Shown here piece by piece: positions 1-10,964 of a DNA stretch of 64,000 nt. Origin of the DNA: Microthyrium microscopicum (taxonomy: Eukaryota); NCBI GenBank assembly GCA_010405405.1, contig MU004232.1:1941481-2005480 (forward strand). The letters run 5' to 3'. Every line of letters begins with the position of its first letter. The stretch's first letter is position 1. Under the pieces are notes generated by a model, which saw only the letters and a list, made by a program, of their open reading frames with translations, was not told the origin of the DNA and did no database searches. The position numbers and the translations under genes were made by a program.

Positions 1-3000
1 GTTCTTAAATGTCGTCAGAAAGAAGAGTCATTCAAGCGATATGCAGCCAAAGAGCAACCACTGGATGAGCTCTTCACCATATGTTGCAAGGTTCTTCGTT
101 TACTTGGCGATCTGGTTTCGAAAGTCAACTTTGCAGAGACTGCAATGAGCTCTGTTGAAGACATCGCTATCAACAAATTGATTTTTGCAGAGAACGCTCC
201 TTCTCAGAAAGACTCTGTTCTTGGTATCCAACGATTCGAGGCTATGCGTCGCGCGGCAATGGGTGCTATTGTTCAGATATACACTCGACATCCAAATCAG
301 CGACAGGATCTCTTCAATAGTATTCTAACTTCCTTGGATGACTTACCACAGACTCGACAGCAAGCACGTCAATACAAGCTACCTGATGGGAAACCTATCC
401 AACTCGTTTCCGCATTGTTAATGCAACTCGTTCAAGCGAGCGCTACCTACTCCGATGCCCAACCAACCCGTCAGCACAAACGTAGAAAGCTCGACGAGGA
501 AGAATCAAACTCTGACGATTCTGATGACGATGCTCCTATCATGACCCGCCAACGTCTGAACCCAATCGACATGGACAATGCTGTTGACTATGATGTTGAG
601 AGAGCAGCGACGGAACTCCAAAAGGTTTCTCGTCGGTTGTCTGAAATGTGCAGAGCCGATGCAAACTACGTTGTTCGTGCTCTTGTAGCTAAAGCTCTCA
701 AACCAAAGAAGACTGGTGATGATGGATTCCGGGCCTTGCTGGACCTTTTCACGGAAGATTTCCTCAGCGTTGTGGATCTTCCTGAATGGCCTGCTGCGCT
801 CCTGTTTCTACGACTCATGCTTTTACATATGTTTGGCATCTTTCGTGACGAAAAGAACTCAGTACCGCAACGAAACATGGCTCTGGATTTGATGACTCTG
901 ATGGGCTCGAAAATCGCAGATGTTCAGACGCATACTCTGAACTCGACGCGTGCGTTGGAAAAAAACGCACCCGATGCTGCCAAACGAGTTCAAAAACAAA
1001 CTCAGCTACTCCAGGAAGATCGACTAGACGAACGATCCCTGATTTCATCGAGTGGTCCCTATCGTATCCTATTCGAAAATCTTTCTCGAAGAGTTGGCGA
1101 TTCGCAATCTGATAGTGCACGGGCATTTCTTCTCATCAACTGGGCGGACGCTTCTCTGTCTGACCTAAACAAAAAAGATGAGGATGATGTACCATATGCT
1201 TCCGTTGATGTTCTTCTTTCCATTCGAAACACTATCCCCGACCACGCTTGGATGGGTCGAGAGTACATCTTCGCACCTGCCGATTTTGACCTCGGACGAT
1301 TGGCATACTCTCTCATCATATCGGCTTCTGATTTCTGCAAAGCTCAATCAAAAATTGTCCAGATCATGCTGGAGGCCATGAACTGTCCACAGTCTCAGCT
1401 CAAAAGCAAAGGACTGAAAAGTATTCCTCAACTCTTGGAGAAAACCCCTCGTATGTTACAAGGCCATAGTAGAGTCCTTGCAGCCATCATCACGAGCGTG
1501 GAAGACTCTTCTCCCCTTGTGCGACTCTCCGCCCTCGGTCTTCTTGAAAAATGCATGGCCATCAACCCGTCCATTGAAGCCGACGCAGTCAGCAAAATTC
1601 TGGCCCTATCGGCCGATGAAAACGTGGGCATTCGAAAACGTTGCATTAAAATGCTTAAAGACCTATATTTGAAGCACGATGAACTTGACTTTCGCGCCAA
1701 AATTTCAGGGGCAATACTCAGTCGGGTCAGGGATCTCGAAGAGAGCGTTAAGGAGATTGCCAAACAATGTCAAGAAGAGCTCTGGCTTGTTCCTTTCCAC
1801 AACGAAAATATCTCAAAGGACCCTGTTCAGGCTAAACTAGCACTCATCAACCAAGTCAAGCTTGTTGTTCGTACCTTATCCAGAGAGAGGGATGGTTTAA
1901 CTACATTCGAAAGCTTATTGGCTATTTCTCTTGGAGAAAATTCAAAAACCAAACAAGCAAATCTCAAAGTCTGCAAGACCATTGTGGCCTATATGTTCGA
2001 CCTCTTGTTCGAAAATGATACCACTGGTCATGGTCTCAAGCAATCATCCATCGCTCGAGCCATCACTGCGTATGCCCGAGTGGAGCCGAAACTCTTTACC
2101 AGCCAACAAATGAAGCTGCTGAAAGTGTATGTCAAGGCTTTCGACAGAGGAACAGACTCGGGTCTGATGCAACAAGCCACTTGCGTTATCTACAAGCATG
2201 TTCTCCCAAGTTTGTCTGCAATCGAACATGATTTCTTAATTGAAATTCGTAAGGATCTTATGGGCAGCGTTTCGCGAATTCCGCCGGCTCAACTTCCAGA
2301 TACGGCAGCTTGTCTAGCTATTATTGCTTCCACACTCAAGAATCTTGCAAGTCCAGCAAAGCTGACGCTATCTACGCTATTTCCGCTCCCAACTTTTTTG
2401 CAGAGCTTTGCCGCAAAATCAATCCGATCACAGGAATTACAGAAGTCTGGTATTGAACATGATATGGACGAAGCGAAAAAACTACTCGACGTCGCCAAAG
2501 CTGATATTGATAGAGCTCGGCGGCTGATCGACATCTGTTGTGCCTTTATACATGCTTGCAACATGGATTCTCAAGCTTCCGTGTTTCGTGAAAAGATTCC
2601 AGATTGGAAGGGCAGCTCGGTTTCTAGTCTTGCGATTGAGAGAGTTACACCTTTCACCTTACTCAAGGCTGGCCGGTCGCAAATCACAGTGCCCGACAAT
2701 GTTCGTGAAGCCGCTCTTAGGGGCATTTCTGTGATATGTCAGGCTTGGCCTCAGAACTTTTTGAGAAAAGATGTCACTCAAGCTTTCACAGCTGTTTTCG
2801 CAGACAAGAACGAATCTCTGCAATTGGCTGTCTTAGGGGGCTTTCTGGTTTTCTTCAACCAAGAAGAGAAGCGCTCCGAGACTGGTGCCGAGATCAAAAT
2901 TGGATCAGGCGAGGCCATGGGTAATGAACGCCTAGCAAACACATACGTTGCCACTGATAGAGACGGTGCGGCGATGACCATTGCGCAGCAATTCTTGCGC

Positions 3001-4398
3001 CAAATTCTGCATCTGGCTCTAACTCGAAAGAGTGAGCCAGGTGAGCCGGATGAGCCATTCAGGTCTGATCGGTTGGCCATCACTGCTACTGAGGTGGTCG
3101 CAAGTATCAATCGACAAGGTGTGGTCAATCCCAAGCTGCTAGGCCCTGCTATTGTCGCTCTGAGTACGTCAAAAGACCCACATATCGCGGCTATCGCTCA
3201 TGGTGCCCACAAATCGTTGCACGAAAAGCATGGAAGTCTGTTCGAAAAGGAGTATATCAAAGCCGTTTTTGAAGCCTTCAAGTACCAAACCAATGTCTAC
3301 GCCGATCCTCGCGGCATCATTCTTCAGCACCCTCCAGTACCGAAGCTCCAAGCATTGTGGGAGGTTCTCAAAAACGGGACTGGTAAAGTGCGAAAGCATT
3401 TCTTGGGCAATTTGTGTGCGCGCGTCAATTTTGAGCTACCAAAACTAGATTTCGGAGATCTCAATGCGGGCATACCTGAGGGCGCGCTCTACTGCCGCTT
3501 CGTCATGGAGAATCTGGCATGCTTTGATTACGTCAGAATCGATGAGATTGTACTTGTGTTCATGGGGATGGAAAAGCTAGTTGTGGCTGGTGTTGGTACT
3601 GAGGTCGCTCATCATATTGAGAAGGATATTCTCAAGGTCCGGCTAGAACCTGAGGGTAGCTCTCAAGAGCAGCTCTCCCAGCCTGCGCCTGCGTCTGCGC
3701 CGTTTGCTACTGAAGGTGCTCAATCCTATGCCACCGAATACCCAATTCTCACCGAGGATGGCCTCCCAGTACAGACTGGTGCATTACCGGCGCCGCCGCA
3801 ACAGGACTTGCCAATCCGAACCTTGCCACAGCCAGATCCCGTTGATCCCGTTCGTCTGCGCCAGCTCACCGTAGCATCAATGATTCTGCTCGTCGTCTGG
3901 GAAGCTCGAACTCATCTGCGGCTCGTCTGGGGTCTTCCAAAGTCCAAAAAGGTCAATCCCAAGGATATTGTCAAAGCTCCCACTCGCGCCCCTTTTACTA
4001 GCAACCAGACTTTCCTCGACAAGACCGCTCTCATCATGCAAGCGCTCGACACCCCTGACTCTCAGATTGCCCTGTGTCGCCAATTCGCCGAGCTCCTTGC
4101 CCGCGATGACGAAGTCAAAATCGGGGAAGAAGACGATCTCGAGGCGATGGCTCGTCAGGCAGAAGGCTATGAGACACCGAACGAAGACGACGAGGAAGCC
4201 TCGACTGGTCGCGAGCGTAGTGCGAGCGTGGGCGGGAGTGCGCAGAAGGGTCGCAAGCGTAAGAGCTTTGGTGCTGGAGATCAGCCGCGCAAGCGAGCAA
4301 AGAAGACCGGGGTGCCAGGAAAACGCGGTAGGCCCAAGAAGCGGACAAGTGCGAGTGCTAGTCCAGGCGTGGATGCGAATGGTGCAGACTGGGATTGA
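1..4398 (+). CDS. SCC2: Cohesin loader Scc2/Mis4/NIPBL, 5'-truncated by the window edge
   Basis: Frame 1 is open from base 1 to TGA at 4398. HEAT-repeat region with family-typical segments (PIQLVSALLMQLVQ, LFTEDFLSVVDLPEWPAA, DSSPLVR, GIRKRCIKMLKDLY), a Nipped-B C-terminal region and a basic C-terminal tail. Confidence 0.93.
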   Translation, partial: VLKCRQKEESFKRYAAKEQPLDELFTICCKVLRLLGDLVSKVNFAETAMSSVEDIAINKLIFAENAPSQKDSVLGIQRFEAMRRAAMGAIVQIYTRHPNQRQDLFNSILTSLDDLPQTRQQARQYKLPDGKPIQLVSALLMQLVQASATYSDAQPTRQHKRRKLDEEESNSDDSDDDAPIMTRQRLNPIDMDNAVDYDVERAATELQKVSRRLSEMCRADANYVVRALVAKALKPKKTGDDGFRALLDLFTEDFLSVVDLPEWPAALLFLRLMLLHMFGIFRDEKNSVPQRNMALDLMTLMGSKIADVQTHTLNSTRALEKNAPDAAKRVQKQTQLLQEDRLDERSLISSSGPYRILFENLSRRVGDSQSDSARAFLLINWADASLSDLNKKDEDDVPYASVDVLLSIRNTIPDHAWMGREYIFAPADFDLGRLAYSLIISASDFCKAQSKIVQIMLEAMNCPQSQLKSKGLKSIPQLLEKTPRMLQGHSRVLAAIITSVEDSSPLVRLSALGLLEKCMAINPSIEADAVSKILALSADENVGIRKRCIKMLKDLYLKHDELDFRAKISGAILSRVRDLEESVKEIAKQCQEELWLVPFHNENISKDPVQAKLALINQVKLVVRTLSRERDGLTTFESLLAISLGENSKTKQANLKVCKTIVAYMFDLLFENDTTGHGLKQSSIARAITAYARVEPKLFTSQQMKLLKVYVKAFDRGTDSGLMQQATCVIYKHVLPSLSAIEHDFLIEIRKDLMGSVSRIPPAQLPDTAACLAIIASTLKNLASPAKLTLSTLFPLPTFLQSFAAKSIRSQELQKSGIEHDMDEAKKLLDVAKADIDRARRLIDICCAFIHACNMDSQASVFREKIPDWKGSSVSSLAIERVTPFTLLKAGRSQITVPDNVREAALRGISVICQAWPQNFLRKDVTQAFTAVFADKNESLQLAVLGGFLVFFNQEEKRSETGAEIKIGSGEAMGNERLANTYVATDRDGAAMTIAQQFLRQILHLALTRKSEPGEPDEPFRSDRLAITATEVVASINRQGVVNPKLLGPAIVALSTSKDPHIAAIAHGAHKSLHEKHGSLFEKEYIKAVFEAFKYQTNVYADPRGIILQHPPVPKLQALWEVLKNGTGKVRKHFLGNLCARVNFELPKLDFGDLNAGIPEGALYCRFVMENLACFDYVRIDEIVLVFMGMEKLVVAGVGTEVAHHIEKDILKVRLEPEGSSQEQLSQPAPASAPFATEGAQSYATEYPILTEDGLPVQTGALPAPPQQDLPIRTLPQPDPVDPVRLRQLTVASMILLVVWEARTHLRLVWGLPKSKKVNPKDIVKAPTRAPFTSNQTFLDKTALIMQALDTPDSQIALCRQFAELLARDDEVKIGEEDDLEAMARQAEGYETPNEDDEEASTGRERSASVGGSAQKGRKRKSFGAGDQPRKRAKKTGVPGKRGRPKKRTSASASPGVDANGADWD

Positions 4399-4669
4399 GT
4401 TGTGCGTATCAATGATGAGAACGAGTTGTGGTATGATGGTAGAGATACTTTATGCATTTTGATTGTTGCATCGATACCCCGAAGCGCGAGCTTCTTGTTG
4501 CGAAATGATGGGCCGGCACTAGATATGTAATTGCTACTATTATATACTCCTGGTTCGCTGCTACTTGATCATCACTGATTCGGACTACCTTATGATTGAG
4601 TTATCTAATTGATCAACCTGACTATACAGCCCTTGATACCCAACTAATTGGCTTTCCACCGACACTTAT

Positions 4670-5030
4670 CTAGCAGGCACAGTTCTTCGCCGCGCGCTCC
4701 GGCACCTGGCATCGCGAAGAACAGTGTGAACCTGAACACAGCGTACATAGTAGTCCAGCGTGGCAGCTGCCATCGCCAATCTTGCAACCCTGGTACTCTT
4801 CTCTGCAGTTGCGACATGCGCCAACCTCCACGGCTTTATTGCTGAGTAGTTCTTGGATGTTCATCTAACCTTTATGAGCTTGGAAATCAGGGTGGAAGGG
4901 TATGGCTTACAGGTTCTGACCAAACGCTCTCTGATAGCTGAACAAGCGCGATGCCGTTGGCGCCAATGGCTGGGTTGGGAGTGGCCATTGCTGCCGTAGC
5001 GAGAAGAGTGATGACTGTAAAAAGCTGCAT
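4670..5030 (-). CDS. Small secreted cysteine-rich protein (104 aa, 10 Cys), effector-like
   Basis: Exon 1 (5030-4911) reads MQLFTVITLLATAAMATPNPAIG...SEP, a signal peptide. A 46-nt GTAAGC...TAG intron (4910-4865) joins it in phase to exon 2 (4864-4670), MNIQELL...CRNCREEYQGC...KNCAC. Confidence 0.8.
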
Positions 5031-6179
5031 TTTGATACTGGAAAGACTGAAGTCAAATCGATGTTTAAGGAGTAGTCAGTATGTTGTCTTGAAGAAGTGG
5101 TGGAATAGTGGAATAACCGTCGAGTGGCCGATTTGGACTTTTATATACTTCTTGACTCGAGCCTGGATAAATCATACGCTACACCAACTTACGAGAGGCT
5201 ACAATACCAAGACTCTCACATATTCGTGCTTACTTTCGAAATGAACTTCAACAGGGGCTTCGCAAAGTATCACGATGGCATCCATGAGAAGCTCATTCAG
5301 CCAAGCTAACTCAGCCTCATAGTTCCAGAAATATCACATATTATCCTGTGTATTATAGTAGCAGATCTGTATTCGCCCCAAATTAGCATCGGAAAGCAGA
5401 GTAGCCGTGGCATAATTTGGTAGGTCGACCAGGTTTGTGGAAATCACGTCTTGGCTGGTAATCTATTAGATTGATATCCTAATTTTGTACCGTTTTGGTT
5501 TCCACTGTTCCCAGTGGACTCATTTGTCCAAATCATAGAACGAACAAGTCACAAGCAACTACGATCCTAGAATTCTGCTGTTATCTTGCAGTGACCAGCG
5601 TCCATTTATATGCATGCATGACTTTCAGTCACGGTCGTCACCTATCACAAAAGATTGTTTCTGGACTTTTGAAATAGCGAAGAAATAGACGTACTAGTTA
5701 CAGTCAACCTGATACTATCTATAGTCCTTGGAGTTAAATAGTTTTGAAATGGTAGCAAGTTATGCTGGAACATGAGAAAGAATAAGGCTGAAGCCTTGCC
5801 CATAGCGTCCCTTTTTGTCTTTCCACAACATCAATTCCGAATATGGGAAGAATCTTGCCTGAGGGAACTATACAAGTGCCTTTAAGAACTAGGACGAGTT
5901 TTTCAACCACTATATCTATCATTATCAAGTATCTTCTTTGAGTATATTTCTCATGTCTATTGAGTACATTGCGTTGTGATTGGCCAGCATTATCGACCGA
6001 GGGTAGACATGGATATGCAGTACCACGGAAAGAACCTTGGAACAAAGAAGGAAGGTAGCTATCGTTCGCGTGGTATGGACTTTGCTACTACAATTTCAAA
6101 ACAATTGAAGTGAAGATAACCATATCTTCTGTCTTCGCCAAAACCATTTTGCATCATATCCCATATCAAAGCCGTCAAT

Positions 6180-6821
6180 ATGTCCGCTCCAGCTTCTCTA
6201 TTTTCCGACGACCTCATATCGCCCGAGGTCCAGTCTTCACTTCCAGAAGGCTACATAGCTCGACCACTCCAGCGCACTGACTTCCAGCACGGCCATCTCG
6301 ATGTCCTCCGCGATCTTGCTGTGGTCGGTGATATCACCGAAGAAGCATGGGTTGAACGCTATGACTGGATGGCTAGCTGTCATGGGAGTTACTATGTGCT
6401 CGTATTTGTCGACACCAAGGCTGAGCCCAGCAAGCAAATTGTAGCAACGGGCACTTTGATTGTGGAAAGGAAGTTGTAAGTTATAGAACCTTATTGTAAA
6501 TGGAAGCTAACATATGGCTATAGTCTATTTAAGCTTGGTTTGCAAGGACATATCGAAGACATTGCTGTGGCCAAGGGCCAACAAGGAAAGAAGTTTGGTG
6601 TGAAACTGCTCAGCGCTTTGGATTTTGTTGCGGACAAGGTCGGCTGCTACAAGGTGAGTGTCGCTTAACTTCTACCCAATTCCAGTGTTGATTTGCGATG
6701 CTAGAATATCTTGGATTGCTCTCCTGAAAACACAGGATTCTACGTCAAATGCTCGTATGAGCAGGCTGGACAGGAGATGCATCGCTACTTTGACGCAGAG
6801 GCCGAAAAAGTCGGAGTGTAG
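6180..6821 (+). CDS. GNA1: Glucosamine-6-phosphate N-acetyltransferase-like GNAT (3 exons)
   Basis: Spliced product reads ...ATGTLIVERKFLFKLGLQGHIEDIAVAKGQQGKKFG...GCYKNILDCSPENTGFYVKC. Introns 6476-6523 and 6654-6704 are GT-AG. May be a paralog rather than the housekeeping copy. Confidence 0.88.
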
Positions 6822-7041
6822 GGCCAGTAGACTCAGTTCCTAGGAATTGCATGTTTCAAGCCATCACAGAACCACCATCCGTCAATAGTCGAAGAGACCA
6901 GATCTGGTGCTATTCCGAAGTCTAACATACGTGGCCCTCTTGTTTCTATTGTATCATGCCAACAGTACTGAAGTCAATTAGATATAGATTTCTGAGCGTT
7001 ACAGTTTATATTACCAGCTGATTGATCAGTCTCTATTCCCA

Positions 7042-8439
7042 TTATTTCTCATATTGGTGTAGCTTGATTTTTAGTGACCATTGCCACAAAAATCCATCAT
7101 ATGATGCTTTCAAGATTCCTGCCACGACAAAAGCTAGCCAGAACCGATTACCTCCAGCCAAGAGACCAGTGATACTTGGTCCTAAACTCTGAGCGAGGGT
7201 TCTTAACATACTGTTCACTCCCATCACAGCGGTTCTCTCTTCTGGTCTCACCACAGCCGCCACAAACGCGGCGCGAGGGGCCTGATCCATGTTCGCTAAC
7301 GCAGATCGAAAGAAGAGCAATCCCACAGTGGGTGCTAGTGTTGGCGGAGCGGGTAACAGTGACGTTGCTATCGAAGCGGGAAGGTGTGTAAAAACCATGG
7401 TGTTGATAAGCCCAATTCTGCGAGCCAATGGTGATGCGAAAAGGGTGGACATGGCCGATATGAAAAAAGCTACTGAGGCTATCGTTCCCAGTGTCGAGGA
7501 GCTGACGTGAAATTTGAGATCGAGATAATAATTGATCAGTGACCAAGGGCTCATGCCTCCGCCTAGAGAATCCATTGCAAAGAGGGCACACATCTTATAC
7601 ATGACTCCTCGAGACTCCGGTGAGATATGCGCAAAGACGCCAGCTTTCCTGGGCGTGTTCTTGTATGAGCGGAGGTTGTCGTCTTGGTTCGACTTGCCGC
7701 CAGGTATCATTTGTTCATCTTCGCTCTCCGAATCAGTCTCAAGAAGGACGTAGTGCTCTTCAGTCTTCTGCACGTGCTGTTCACACTTCTCACTCATGAG
7801 TAGTATCAATCCCATATTGATCGCTCCAGTCAAGCTGTAGATCCAGAAGACGGTGTGATAGGCATCTAACAAGGTCCAACCCCCCAGTGACTGCAGAAGC
7901 TGAACAAGCTGCCCACACACTTCGGTTCCAATTGAAGTCCCAATAGCTGCCGTGGTGACATACCACGCAAGAACATCTGATCTTGTTGATGGAGTCGTTA
8001 AATGGGATATGGTGCTTTCTTCCACAGCTCGAAAGGGCCCAATTTCGCTTCCTGTAGCACTGATCACTCCCACGACAGCCGCCACCAGCAGAATGTAGAA
8101 GTTCTCAGCCAGAGCGAAAGTGGCTCCGGACAGAACCATCAAAAACGCTCCCGCCAGTAAGATTCTCCTTCGACCAATCTTGTCCGCCACAAGAGTCAGA
8201 AAGAAAGATAGCGCAACATCTCCTAGAAGGGTGAGTGTCATGAACAGGCCTATTTGAAAGTCCGAGAACTTCAAGATGTTAAAAAAGAGAGCAATGATGA
8301 GCGAATTGGTTCCATATGCAAACATCCGAAGACATCTTGTGAAGATGATGAGCCAGGCATCCTTTCCCGTGTCATAAAGTGATGATAGGCCAAACTCATG
8401 GTAGAGCCAAGTGATTTGCTTTATTCCTGGAACAATCAT
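7042..8439 (-). CDS. Major facilitator superfamily transporter
   Basis: 465-aa intronless ORF with about 12 hydrophobic segments, MFS motif A (ADKIGRRRILL) and a central hydrophilic loop. Confidence 0.9.
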   Translation of the reverse strand: MIVPGIKQITWLYHEFGLSSLYDTGKDAWLIIFTRCLRMFAYGTNSLIIALFFNILKFSDFQIGLFMTLTLLGDVALSFFLTLVADKIGRRRILLAGAFLMVLSGATFALAENFYILLVAAVVGVISATGSEIGPFRAVEESTISHLTTPSTRSDVLAWYVTTAAIGTSIGTEVCGQLVQLLQSLGGWTLLDAYHTVFWIYSLTGAINMGLILLMSEKCEQHVQKTEEHYVLLETDSESEDEQMIPGGKSNQDDNLRSYKNTPRKAGVFAHISPESRGVMYKMCALFAMDSLGGGMSPWSLINYYLDLKFHVSSSTLGTIASVAFFISAMSTLFASPLARRIGLINTMVFTHLPASIATSLLPAPPTLAPTVGLLFFRSALANMDQAPRAAFVAAVVRPEERTAVMGVNSMLRTLAQSLGPSITGLLAGGNRFWLAFVVAGILKASYDGFLWQWSLKIKLHQYEK

Positions 8440-9299
8440 GTCGAAAAATTAGATGGGTTGGATCTCTGCATCCTAGACTGGCAGCTATTGGTGTTCAGTT
8501 TGCGGTCCTCGAGAGGAAACTCTCATTGTTGATTTTGGAAGAGTTGAATTGCTGAAGACTGGAGTATTGCTCTACTGCGGGAATAAGTTATTTTTTTGAG
8601 CCAGCCAAAGTCAACATTCAAGGCAACGACAGTCCTGCGTTCCACTACCCCACATTATGTCGTGTATGCCGATTTTTAGACTCGTACAGCTAATCCTCGT
8701 TGCGGAAGCGGCATGCGATGTGCTAGTGATAACCGACCTCGGGATTTTGGATCGTAATCCACTTCTCGCAACAGTGATGGAATTGTGGAACTTGCTCAGG
8801 ATATTCTATATACACACATGGCACAGTGATTTGACCACACAGATCAGAAATGCCACTTATCAATGTATGAAGTCAACTTCACTTCTTGCGGTGAAGAAAG
8901 CGCCCCCTTTTGAGTCCTGCATTACATGATAACAGTCCGCTGGTCTCCTGCATCATCTAGCTTCCACTTTCTTACGATTTCTCTCGAATTAAGAGCACCA
9001 TGAACATCGATCATGATCGCATGTTGGACATCGATCGGAGGCAGTAGCCATCAAATTAGCTTGAGCACATGCGCACCGGAAGAAGAATTAGCAGACAGAT
9101 TTTTGACGACGGGAAGAGACTAACACAGCTCCAGATATCAGCTGGCGGCTCCTGCGGATTACCTTAATCTTCATCCCGGCAGTTCGAGCATCGTGGACCT
9201 AAGTGTTTGCAAGTGGTCTTGGAGCAATTATCATCACGAGCGTTGTTCATTGTGTAGCAACTGCGCTACATGAGGTACATAAATACGACCAAAGCACAA

Positions 9300-10387
9300 T
9301 GAGGCTTCCTATACCCTCATCACTGGGATAGATGAGCGGGTGTGGACTGCATACTTTTGCACCGATACTTACTTTAGAGAAGAAGACTGTAACAACTACC
9401 TAGATAGTTTACCAAATCGAAGGACTGACAAACATGGGCCAAGCGGCGGCTGGATATGGCAGATCCGTCCGCAGTGGATTCCGCGAGGATATTTTCTAGC
9501 AGTTCTCCACCGCAGGATGCTTCGGGCTGCTGGAGAATGGACTGATTTGATCATTACACTTCTCGAACGAGTGGACATATAGGCGAGCTACAGAGCCCCA
9601 GTGTTATGGAAAGACCCTCCTAAATTCACTGCTTGCGGGTGTGCCAGAATACAAATGATTCCAACTCCATCAATCATAGAAAAGTCGAATTGAATCTGAT
9701 GGCTTTGACAATGCCGATCTAAAGATAACGAAACAGCTCAAGCCTATATTGCTGACTCTGACTCGCTTCAACGATTACATCAGCGAATTCATTTACATGT
9801 GGGAAGGGTTTGAAGATGGTTACGCAGCTTACGTAGTCTCTGACGGCAATGATGCTGTACGTGACAGATGGCGAGGCTATCTGGATACAGCACAAAGCCA
9901 GGTGGCTGACCTCGAGCGTCTTCCTACGCGATTGTCACAGAAACTACAGTCTCTGGTCAGGATTCAGGATGGCGTAAGTCTTGTCTCTCAGCGCATACCA
10001 CCATTTCGCTATTAACAAAGTTATATTTCACGGGAGCGTCTCTTCCCTCGAGGACAGTAAAAAATCTACTCGTCTAGGAATGAATACTATATCGCTGACT
10101 AGAATGTTTGAGGTACGTTTCCCCTCAAACTTTTGACCTCAGTTTCAAAACACTAATCGATCAAGCAGTGTTTTCTGCCATTAACGTTTATTTCCGTACT
10201 CAAAACTTATCGTACAAAAAGTCCAAGAAACCGACTCGCTAACTTCACGAAGACGCTATTTAGTATGGGCTTCGTGCCGAGCACGCCCTAGATGGGAGCC
10301 CCTTTCGTCTTAACACTGTTCGCAACGACCGCAATCACAATACACACTGCTCGCCATGGTCATTATCTAAATGGATTATTCGAGTAG
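9300..10387 (+). pseudogene. Disrupted gene of the fungal family with a C-terminal CorA-like transmembrane hairpin
   Basis: Fragments: TLITGIDERVWTAYFCTDTYF, PRGYFLAVLHRRM..EW, EDSKKSTRLGMNTISLT and, across two introns, FLPLTFIS/TLFSMG. In-frame TAG at 9580-9582 and 10289-10291, plus a phase mismatch near 10020. The 5' boundary is uncertain. Confidence 0.65.
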
Positions 10388-10964
10388 CTGCGGTCTGTCT
10401 GTTCCATATAAGAACCTGATTTATATGGCTTAAATAGGTGCCTCTTTTGGAAAGACAGCACGCCCCATGTGTCGAATATTGTACATTCCGTAGCTGCCAC
10501 ATACGAACTTTGTCTTGGAAGCGTGTCGCACTCGGACTTAAAGCACAACAAATATCTGACAGCAAACAAGTTGATGCAATCAGGTCGCCATTTACCTCCA
10601 GAATGGAGAGTTGGTACCTGTTGTTCTACCAAGCGGTTCAAGACAAGGAGGAGCAGGAGATAACCGAGTGTTTGGAAGGAAGTAGCATTGTCACCTCACC
10701 TTCAATGTTTGCTACCTTAGTAGGTCTCTTGAAACTACCTATCTTAAGGTTGCTATCCCAAACTTTCACCGCCTAGCTACTGTCCCGGTTTGTTTATCAT
10801 CCTCGAATCAACACCGCCTTCCGCGTCTCCATCCTCACTTTCCACTCCTTCCTACCCCAAGCCTCAAATTTATTCTGCGAGTATCATCCTCCGCCTATAA
10901 TTCACCCCTTACAAGGGCTTACTCGCATCGACTGCAAGCATCTTTCCTTACGACGATCAGCAAC

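Noticed and set aside
5734..6045. 103-aa minus-strand ORF upstream of GNA1
   Set aside because: Non-ATG start and no recognisable motif; cannot be told from promoter sequence.
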